NCBI GenBank assembly: GCA_043811535.1
Contig: JBDRNC010000034.1
Coordinates: 1 to 36,889 of the forward strand
Length of the DNA stretch: 36,889 nt
Source of the DNA: Elusimicrobiota bacterium
Lineage (GTDB): Bacteria > Elusimicrobiota > Endomicrobiia > Endomicrobiales > JBDRNC01
Direction of reading: 5' to 3'
Shown: piece by piece, positions 29,656-36,889 of the stretch
Layout of the letters: every line of letters starts with the position of its first letter
How positions within the stretch are numbered: position 1 is the first letter of the stretch
Made by a program: the position numbers and the translations under genes
Notes under the pieces: model-generated
What the model was told of the DNA's origin: nothing
The model's input: the letters and a program-made list of their open reading frames with translations, nothing else
Databases searched by the model: none

Positions 29656-30516
29656 TCAAAGTCTCAATGTCATTGAAAACAAATGCGTGTTATCAAGGTC
29701 AAAGTGCTTTTTCATCGCGTAATCGAACTGAAGGCCCGAAACCCTTATGCCCAGGCCCATCGTGTAGGTCCACAGCGCAAGGTGCTGGCGTATCGCGCCT
29801 AACCGCACGGCGATTATCCTGCCGGCGAACCAGGCTTCCGCTCCCGCGTGGAATTGAGTATTGCCTTCCTGGAAATTATCCCAGTCAAACGCCAGCGTGA
29901 AAAGCCTGCCGTGCTTGTATCCCGCTCCGAGAATGAGATTCGCGGGTATGATGTCGTCGGAATCGGACTGGAAATGTATCTCGGGCCAGTTCATGTCCTG
30001 CACGGCCGCGCCGGCGTAGAAATCGCGGTACCTGTACTGCGCGCCCGCGTCTATCCCGTACCCGGTGCCGGTCGTTTTCTGCTGGGCCTTGTAATATTTC
30101 ACGTTCGCCCCGAGCGAAAGGTTCCTCAGGAAATCCAGCTGCGGTTTCGTCCCGAACGAAAATATGAAAGTATTCTCGCTGAAATCAAGAAAATCAACTT
30201 TTGAAGTCGTCGCAAGGCGCATAATGCCGAAACCGACGCTGCCTATTCCCATGCCGGGATGCCCGTAAAAATAATTGTCATAACTCACAAGGCCGAGCCC
30301 GTAGAGGTCTGCGCGCGACGCCGAAAATTCGTTGTATTTCAGGTTCATCAGCCCCGCCGGGTTCCAGTAGACCGCGCTCGCGTCGTCAACAACGGCCACC
30401 GCCGCGTTGCCCATGCCGGCCGCGCGCACGCCCCCGCCGAGATGCTCGAAGATGCCGGCAAAAACTGAACCGTTTATTGACAGCGCAATCGATAGAATAA
30501 GTATTCTTTTTATCAT
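29656..30516 (-). CDS. PorV/PorQ (UPF0164, FadL-like) outer-membrane protein
   Basis: GVRAAGMGNA.VAV.DDASAVYWNPAGL, LSLGANVK, DAG, GLG..QFDYA and THLFS motifs. Confidence 0.85.
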   Translation of the reverse strand: MIKRILILSIALSINGSVFAGIFEHLGGGVRAAGMGNAAVAVVDDASAVYWNPAGLMNLKYNEFSASRADLYGLGLVSYDNYFYGHPGMGIGSVGFGIMRLATTSKVDFLDFSENTFIFSFGTKPQLDFLRNLSLGANVKYYKAQQKTTGTGYGIDAGAQYRYRDFYAGAAVQDMNWPEIHFQSDSDDIIPANLILGAGYKHGRLFTLAFDWDNFQEGNTQFHAGAEAWFAGRIIAVRLGAIRQHLALWTYTMGLGIRVSGLQFDYAMKKHFDLDNTHLFSMTLRL

Positions 30517-30531
30517 GACTCTTTTGTTTTC

Positions 30532-30642
30532 AAATGGTTAAATTGTCAAATGGCTAATAAATTATAACACCTTGGCTAAACTGCTGAATGGCTAAATGGT
30601 TAAAGTCTTTGGCAATTTAGCAATTCAGCCATTTAGCCATTT
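30532..30642. repeat. Octamer element, long copy (core forward)
   Basis: Core at 30573-30621 with one mismatch. Confidence 0.9.
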
Positions 30643-32545
30643 ACTTCTCTATCCCTATTATATGGCTGTATTTCTGCTTGCGCGCCGTTATGGAATCGGC
30701 GTAGAGCTGGTACATGTAGAGCCCGCTGCGCTGGAGCGTCCCGTCGTTATTCTTGCCGTCCCATTCGAACTCGCCCGCGCCGGAATCGAAATCCCCTTCG
30801 CGCTCCCAGATGATGATTCCCTTGAGGTCGTAAATCCTCAGGCGCATTCTCGCGGCTTCGCCTAGCGTAAATCTTATCCTGGCCGTATCCCTGAAGCCGT
30901 TGCCGTCCGGCGTGAACGGGTTGTTTATCACTTCTATCTTCGTCATGACGTCATCCGCGGAAAAGTCATTGAAGAAATCGCTTTCGGTCCCCGCTGTCAT
31001 GTCGCCAAAGATAACATTACCGCTCTCTCCGGTACCGCTGTACCTTGAAACGGAAATCCACACGCCGGTTATCTCCCTGAGGTTGAATGTGGCTCCGGAA
31101 CTGCCCTGGAAATAGGTGAATTCCTCCAGCGGCGCTTTCAGGACAAAGTATGAGTCCATCAGGTCGTAATTTCTTTTGTGGTAATAGACGGTTCCGCTTG
31201 AGTCCTGCAGTTTTATTTCCACGTAATTATTCGCTCCGGATTGCTTCATCGTCAAATATACGGCCTTGACATAGGAAAGGTTCAGCGAAGATTTCCTTAT
31301 CATGTTGGCCCAGGTGCCCGTCGCGCCCAGCGAGTACTTCATGCGCATCGCGCCGTTCCTGTAGCCGCTTATCGTAGACAGCGCGCTTGAAGCCGATGTA
31401 TCGGCATAGCCCGACCAGCTCGTGTTGCCCACCGGCGTGTCCATGTCGTCAAGGTACCGCAACTCCGCCGTATTGTTATTACAGAATTCAAGGTTGTCTA
31501 TGTATATGACTCCGGTCTTTTGAGTAATGGAATTATCAAAAAGAAAATTAATATTCCTTATCGCGCTTAATTTACTTGTATACTGTGTAATATCAATAAT
31601 AACCTGCTGCCATGATGTAGTTATGCTTGAAATACCACTGAAAGAGGTGGTGGATATTTGTTCCTTGAAAATCCGTACCCCATCGGCCGATCCATCGGCG
31701 TATTTCAGTTCCACCAGCATTTTCTCACCACCGACAGCACCCTTAACTCGGAATTTCAATTGATTCATATCTGACATATTTTTAGAATTGCCGTTTGTGT
31801 AATAAAACGCCCACGCGTCCCCAGCCGTAACGTCATATCTTAATTCAAGCGATTTGTTACTCGCGTAGACCACCGTAGACACTATAATATTGGTTATGGC
31901 GCCGCCGCTGCCCGAATACGTGCCGGAAGTCCCGTTGAAAAGATTCGTGCCCGTTCCGCTCTCAAAATCGTCCCACATGGCGTTATTGGTCACTACATAT
32001 ATATCATCCACGTCAAGCTCGCCGGATCCCCCTTCGGACCTGTCTATGACGAACTCGAACGATTGCACGGATGCCCAGTTGAAACTGCCGTCCCCCACGC
32101 TTGCCGCGTCGACCGTGAAGCTTGAGAGATTCACGGTTGCCTGCACCCATCCGCCCGAATCAGCCACCGCGCCCAGCGGATATTTCAAAAGGTCCCCGTC
32201 CGAATCCTTGAACTTGACGGAAATGTTCTCGCTGCTTCCGGTTTTGCGGTAATAGAACTGCACATTTTCCGTTCCGTTGAACGACCAGTACTGCACCGAT
32301 TTGTACAGCTGAGCCCACCCGCTTGTTCCGATCGCGTATTCCAGTTTGAGCCCGGTTCCATCCGGCGTGTCCACACTGCTCAGGCTTGCGGAATCTCCGC
32401 TCCCGTTTGAAAGCGTCCACGCCGAAGCCGAATCCATGGAATCTATCGTAACGGACGATGAATAGGCCCCGAAATCTCCGCAAAACGCGGGCAATGCGTA
32501 TAATGTTAAGGTTCCGATAATTAATAGTAACAGTTTTTTATACAT
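30641..32545 (-). CDS. Secreted protein with three CBM11-like domains and a C-terminal FlgD-Ig / CHU_C (T9SS CTD-like) domain
   Basis: Repeats start IDSMD, WDDFE and LDDMD; tail NPFTPDGNG, IYDLKG, WDGKN and SGLYMYQL. Start moved to ATG 32545 (signal peptide). Confidence 0.75.
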   Translation of the reverse strand: MYKKLLLLIIGTLTLYALPAFCGDFGAYSSSVTIDSMDSASAWTLSNGSGDSASLSSVDTPDGTGLKLEYAIGTSGWAQLYKSVQYWSFNGTENVQFYYRKTGSSENISVKFKDSDGDLLKYPLGAVADSGGWVQATVNLSSFTVDAASVGDGSFNWASVQSFEFVIDRSEGGSGELDVDDIYVVTNNAMWDDFESGTGTNLFNGTSGTYSGSGGAITNIIVSTVVYASNKSLELRYDVTAGDAWAFYYTNGNSKNMSDMNQLKFRVKGAVGGEKMLVELKYADGSADGVRIFKEQISTTSFSGISSITTSWQQVIIDITQYTSKLSAIRNINFLFDNSITQKTGVIYIDNLEFCNNNTAELRYLDDMDTPVGNTSWSGYADTSASSALSTISGYRNGAMRMKYSLGATGTWANMIRKSSLNLSYVKAVYLTMKQSGANNYVEIKLQDSSGTVYYHKRNYDLMDSYFVLKAPLEEFTYFQGSSGATFNLREITGVWISVSRYSGTGESGNVIFGDMTAGTESDFFNDFSADDVMTKIEVINNPFTPDGNGFRDTARIRFTLGEAARMRLRIYDLKGIIIWEREGDFDSGAGEFEWDGKNNDGTLQRSGLYMYQLYADSITARKQKYSHIIGIEK

Positions 32546-32552
32546 TCTGTTG

Positions 32553-32688
32553 AAATGGCTAAACGGCTGATTAACTACATGGCCATACGGCTTAATTGCT
32601 AAAATTGCCAAAGACTTTAACCATTTAGCCGTTCAGCAGTTTAGCCATGGTGTTATAATTTATTAGCCATTTAGCAATTTGGCAATTT
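32553..32688. repeat. Octamer element, long copy (core reversed)
   Basis: 32602-32672 is the exact reverse complement of 19911-19981. Confidence 0.9.
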
Positions 32689-33736
32689 ATTTCCTTGGCG
32701 GAGCCGTTGATTCCCGTTTAATGAGCGAAACGTCAAGCGTTTTCTGCAGGACCGGATTGAACTTGTCCTTGACATGATTAATAAGGTATTCCGCGGCAAG
32801 CTTGCCCAACAGCTCGGCGTCCTGGTTTATCGTGGTAAGCGTCGGTTCCGCGGTGAGCGCGAGGTCTATATTGTCAAATCCCACTATTGAAATGTCTTTC
32901 GGCACGCTAAGCCCTTTTTCCCTGACGGCCTGCATGGCTCCCAGCGCCATAAGATCGTTGGCGGCGAATATCCCCGTTGGCGGCGTTCCGAGCGCGAGCA
33001 GTTTCATCGCGGCCCTGTACGCGAGCTTCTGCTCAAAGTCGCCCGATATCATATATTGCTTCTGGCACTTGATATCATAATGCCCGAGAGCCCTAAGATA
33101 GCCGTTCTCCCGCTCTATCGCGTCGGCCCTGTCCGCGGGCCCTCCGATAAAACCTATATTCTTATGGCCGAGCTTGATCAGGTGCTCCGTGGCCAGGTAA
33201 CCGCCCTTAAAACTGTCGGAGCATATCCAGTTGACGTTCTTATTATCGCTTTTGGAGCTGATATTGACGAAAGTGATGTTCTCCCTTATCAGCGTTTTTA
33301 CCAGCGGGCTGTTTATGGAAGGGGCTACAAGCATGAATCCTTTGACAAGACCGCTGAAGTACCAGTTGGTGATGTCTTCGTAGTTCCTGGTCTTGGGCGT
33401 TATCCGCGAAAAAAGCACAAGGTTATAACCGCTGCTGTCTACCGCCTGCTCTACGCCGGCCATTACCTCCATCAGGTAGTGCGTGGAAAGGATATTGTTA
33501 TTGTAGAACTGGATGATAAGCCCGAGCGTTTTGGAGGACCTGCGCGAAAGGACCGCAGCTGAAAGGTTGGGCTTGTAATTCAGGTCCTTCATAAGGCCCA
33601 GTACTTTCTTGCGCACCTTTTCGCTTACATACGGATGGTTATTGAGGACCCTGGATACCGTCATTTTCGAAACGCCGAGGCGCTTCGCGATGGTATCCAT
33701 TGTGGGAAGGATGTTGTCTTTCTGTTTTGTTAACAT
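32687..33736 (-). CDS. LacI-family transcriptional regulator
   Basis: TMDTIAKRLGVSKMTVSRVLN HTH, YKPN..A..L hinge, ANDLMALG, DISIVGFD, LTTI and RES motifs. Confidence 0.97.
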   Translation of the reverse strand: MLTKQKDNILPTMDTIAKRLGVSKMTVSRVLNNHPYVSEKVRKKVLGLMKDLNYKPNLSAAVLSRRSSKTLGLIIQFYNNNILSTHYLMEVMAGVEQAVDSSGYNLVLFSRITPKTRNYEDITNWYFSGLVKGFMLVAPSINSPLVKTLIRENITFVNISSKSDNKNVNWICSDSFKGGYLATEHLIKLGHKNIGFIGGPADRADAIERENGYLRALGHYDIKCQKQYMISGDFEQKLAYRAAMKLLALGTPPTGIFAANDLMALGAMQAVREKGLSVPKDISIVGFDNIDLALTAEPTLTTINQDAELLGKLAAEYLINHVKDKFNPVLQKTLDVSLIKRESTAPPRK

Positions 33737-33780
33737 TTGAACTCACTTCTGCCTGCCCGCCGAAGGCGGGTAACAGATTA

Positions 33781-33825
33781 TTGTGTTACCGATAACAGTA
33801 TAGCAGACCGGAAAGTATTTGTCAA
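33781..33825 (-). promoter_or_regulatory. lacI-operon promoter with operator (autoregulation)
   Basis: TTGACA (33820-33825), 17 bp, TATACT (33797-33802), operator at 33784-33797. Confidence 0.9.
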
Positions 33826-34064
33826 GAGGGGGTAAAAAATATTTTCCCTTCGTTTTTAATCTACGCGTCCGCCGCTTTCTCCGTCGGAATACGCGCAGTT
33901 GTCCAATTAGCGGCAACTAAAACGGCGTTCATGCGTTATTAAGTTGAATTGTTGACATGTTACAAACAATAACTTTTTAACTTATTAACTTTTAAGCTTT
34001 GGGACCCGTAAACCATGTACTTATGGACTTATGATCGCCTTATCTGTTTCCGCGGAAATATCTA

Positions 34065-34115
34065 TTGACATATCCCATGATTTCTATTACAATACCTATA
34101 TTGGCAAACGTTTGC
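34065..34115 (+). promoter_or_regulatory. Sigma70 promoter with a second LacI-type operator
   Basis: TTGACA, 17 bp, TACAAT (34088-34093), then the perfect palindrome GCAAACGTTTGC (34104-34115). Confidence 0.75.
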
Positions 34116-34232
34116 AGAGGAGCCACCCCCACCTTCTGAGCCACAGGCTCCTTAATTATGCGACTTTCCCGATAAATCGGGACTTCATTCATAATTCACT
34201 ATGGAAGTCGGCCGCGATTCAATTTAGTATTC

Positions 34233-34260
34233 ATCCCCCCGGTATTTCGGGGGGATTTTA
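34233..34260 (+). terminator. Intrinsic terminator in the leader of the GH144-like gene
   Basis: ATCCCCCCGG-TATT-TCGGGGGGAT-TTTA, with a short U tract. Confidence 0.65.
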
Positions 34261-34291
34261 TAACGCGGGAATAAAGCGAGGTATAACTCCA

Positions 34292-36667
34292 ATGATTAGA
34301 TTCGCACTCATTTTTTCATTGCTTTTCGTTATTTTCATGCAGATTCGCCCTGTTCCTGTCAATGCCGCTCCCGCCAAGAATCCCCTGCCCGTAAATATCA
34401 CCACCTCCCCCGAAGATACGGAATACCTGCGCGATATACTCAAAGAGACCTTTGCTTCTATCTATTATAACAGGCACCCGGTAACCGGCATCTGCTCCTA
34501 TCTTCCAGAAAAACCCGATCTGAATGAACTTATGAAAACCGAGAATATATTCCTTTCGTTCGCTTCCGTTGCGATAGCCGGCAAGATCGGGCTCATCCCG
34601 GACGAAGAGGCCAGGAAAGAAATTGAAAAAACGCTCTACTGGCTGGAAAAAATCCCGACGGCCCAGGGATTCCAGCTGGACTGCGTGCACACCTCTGACG
34701 GGAGCGCGGGGGACAATGTCGTGTACGCGCTCGGCGACCTGGGATTCAACTCCTGCTGCCTCATTCTGGTAGGCGAAGCGTACCCGGAATTCAAGCCGCG
34801 GACCGAGAAGCTTGTCAACGCGATGAACTGGGGCGGGTTATATAATAAGGATGCGGGATTCCTTGCCGGCGTAATCAGGATTAACACGGCGAATAATTCC
34901 CTTGAAACTATCGGCACCGGAATGCTGCTTGCGTGCGACCAGCGCCTCGCGATCTTCATGGCGATTGCGGCCGGCGGAGCCCCGCCCAAACTTTGGGACA
35001 ACATGCCCAGATACTATCTTTCGCGCTACGGCGTAAAATACATGAAACCCGGAGAAGGACTCGGATTCGGCGAGCAGGTCTGGGCCGGAAGCTACTTCCT
35101 GGACGAGCGCGGCTCCGAGATAGGCAAATCGTGCGCAAACATGGCATGGGCCCAGATAAACTACGCCCAGGACATGGGCTACCCGGCATGGGGATGGTCA
35201 AACTGCCTCAGCCCTGTAAGATACATGGGATTCGGAGACCCGGGCACCGACTGGTCGATAATAAACCCGCACGCCGTCGGCGCCGCGGTAGTTTACTATC
35301 CTAACCAGGTCGCAAAGGCCTTCAGGGCCATGGAAAAACTCGGAGTAAGGGAACCTATCAGTGCGGGCGGGAAGAAACGCAATTTCGGCCTGAGAAGTTC
35401 CATTGATGTTGACACGAACGAGTCGCCCGAACAGGTGATCGCGGGCCTTGACCAGCCCTTCATTTTCATGTCGCTGGCCAATTACTTATACGACGGCGTC
35501 GTGTGGAAACACTTCCGCGCCAACAAAACGGTCCAAAACGGCATAAACCGCATCGAGGAGTACAGGAAACCGAAACAGGAATACCTTAAATTATACGAAA
35601 AGCGCGACATTGAAGGGCCGGTTCTCCCGAAAAGCAAAATAAACCCCGCGGCCCCGCCGCTTGTCATTGACAGCTTTGACAACGACATAAACGACCTCGA
35701 CGGCGCAAGGATACCGCGCGCTGCAACGTTCCAAAAACAGCGGGGAAGCGCCAAAATCACCTTCAAAACTAACGATGAAAAAGTAAGCTATTTGACGGAA
35801 GACCTCGTGGGAACGGACCTTTCCGGCTACAACGCCCTGAAACTGGTTGCCCGCGCGGACAGGCCCGGAAAGATAATGCTGACGATGCGCATATCCGGCG
35901 AAGGCGGCTACAGGCCCGTTGACGTCACCACTGAATGGAAAGAATTAATTATTCCGTTCCGCTCGTTCATGGGAGGGAAGGATGGTTTTGATTACGGCTC
36001 AAAAGACCCGAAACTGAGATGGACCGGCATGTGGCATGACAGGACGAGCGGCGACGAGATAGGCATCGGCCCGTTCGGCGTGAATTCCTTGGAGCTTAAA
36101 GAGATATCTTTCATCGCGCTTCCGGCCGACAAGCTGTACGCGGCGGCGAAAACGCTGAAAACCATCCCCGAGACCTTTATTGAAAAAGACGGTACGCTGG
36201 ACAGGATGGACGACAAGAACGCCTGGAAAACCTTGGCATCGGGTACCGAGACGAGATTAAACCTGAGCCATGTTAAAGGCGTGCGCGGCGACGCGCTTGC
36301 CTGCGATTTTTCTTTCGGCAAGCAGGGGGGATGGATCCTGCTGAACAAGGAAGTGAACCTTACCTTAAATAAAGATTCCATTATTGTTTTTAATCTTAAG
36401 GCGGAAGGCGGACCGGCGACGCTGGAAGTGAAAGTCATAGATTCGACCGGCGCGACTTACATGAAGGAAATGAAAAACGGCGTAAAAAACTCTTCCGTAT
36501 GGACAGAGATAAAAATCAAGAGCAGCGAGCTTGTTTACGGATGGGGCGGCGTTAAGAATGACAAGCCCGGCAAGCTCAAGGAATTCCATTTCGCCATTGC
36601 GTCAAAGGACGGCGCAAGCGCCGGCCGCGCGTATTTCGACGAATTAAGGATAATACAAACGAAATGA
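34292..36667 (+). CDS. Secreted Glycoamylase/DUF3131 (GH144/GH189-like) (alpha/alpha)6 enzyme with two CBM11-like domains
   Basis: Signal peptide from ATG 34292; AWGWS, INPHA, FGLRSSID and GLDQPFIFMSLANYL motifs; IDSFD and LDRMD domains, YFDEL. Confidence 0.7.
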   Translation: MIRFALIFSLLFVIFMQIRPVPVNAAPAKNPLPVNITTSPEDTEYLRDILKETFASIYYNRHPVTGICSYLPEKPDLNELMKTENIFLSFASVAIAGKIGLIPDEEARKEIEKTLYWLEKIPTAQGFQLDCVHTSDGSAGDNVVYALGDLGFNSCCLILVGEAYPEFKPRTEKLVNAMNWGGLYNKDAGFLAGVIRINTANNSLETIGTGMLLACDQRLAIFMAIAAGGAPPKLWDNMPRYYLSRYGVKYMKPGEGLGFGEQVWAGSYFLDERGSEIGKSCANMAWAQINYAQDMGYPAWGWSNCLSPVRYMGFGDPGTDWSIINPHAVGAAVVYYPNQVAKAFRAMEKLGVREPISAGGKKRNFGLRSSIDVDTNESPEQVIAGLDQPFIFMSLANYLYDGVVWKHFRANKTVQNGINRIEEYRKPKQEYLKLYEKRDIEGPVLPKSKINPAAPPLVIDSFDNDINDLDGARIPRAATFQKQRGSAKITFKTNDEKVSYLTEDLVGTDLSGYNALKLVARADRPGKIMLTMRISGEGGYRPVDVTTEWKELIIPFRSFMGGKDGFDYGSKDPKLRWTGMWHDRTSGDEIGIGPFGVNSLELKEISFIALPADKLYAAAKTLKTIPETFIEKDGTLDRMDDKNAWKTLASGTETRLNLSHVKGVRGDALACDFSFGKQGGWILLNKEVNLTLNKDSIIVFNLKAEGGPATLEVKVIDSTGATYMKEMKNGVKNSSVWTEIKIKSSELVYGWGGVKNDKPGKLKEFHFAIASKDGASAGRAYFDELRIIQTK

Positions 36668-36676
36668 CCCTAGAGA

Positions 36677-36719
36677 CAATTACAAATTACAAATTACAGA
36701 TTACATATTACAAATTAAC
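36677..36719 (+). repeat. Heptamer tandem repeat (ATTACAA-like, about 5 copies)
   Basis: caattacaaattacaaattacagattacatattacaaatt. Confidence 0.8.
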
Positions 36720-36889
36720 AATAGACAACAACAAACCCCCCTTCATCCCACTACTGTCCCGATGTTTTATCGTCTGGGAAGAGTGGTAATTGATTTAAGT
36801 TACTAAAATTTTCGAATCTTGAATATGATAATGCACGGAAAAGCGGTGTTCTTTCAAATAAGGACACGCTTAGTATCTGTAAAATAGTG

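Noticed and set aside
32546..32611. N-terminal extension of the 656-aa ORF, and the 30596-30865 ORF
   Set aside because: Both begin in translated octamer repeat; the signal peptide of the real gene begins at 32545.
19863..32688. Octamer repeats as a CRISPR array or integron attC sites
   Set aside because: There is no regular repeat-spacer period and no cas or integrase gene. Copies occur in both orientations and lack attC core boxes.
34031..34291. 87-aa extension of the 878-aa ORF
   Set aside because: It spans a promoter, operator and terminator; the signal peptide starts at 34292.

Overview
A bacterial chromosomal window with mostly minus-strand genes. The PorV-like gene, FlgD-Ig/CHU_C cargo, DUF4416 and CPR-type mini-repeats suggest a diderm such as Elusimicrobiota or a related candidate phylum (inference only). 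The window starts inside an IS3-family element, then carries alkD-like, CoA-binding, GH26-CBM9 and CBM genes, membrane proteins and tRNA-Ser(GCT). Next come an F5/8C protein, an OmpR-type regulator and a c-di-GMP-I riboswitch in front of a PilZ gene. gdhA follows, with a structured ANTAR-like leader, then an SPL-like radical SAM / nucleoside phosphorylase / SPASM radical SAM trio and a CvrA antiporter. The right half is a ~16.7 kb LacI-headed carbohydrate operon. It encodes a multi-CBM protein with a CTD-like tail, a PorV-like barrel, a CBM-fused outer-membrane barrel, GH5-CBM6, multidomain GH2, a DOMON protein and GH35. A GH144/GH189-like gene lies divergently from it. No SusC/SusD or ABC transporter is visible. 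An identical promoter-operator block links the LacI operon to the distant CBM/GH26 pair. Intergenic spacers hold several repeat families, including an octamer element whose 71-bp core occurs in both orientations. All family calls come from motifs read by eye, not database searches.
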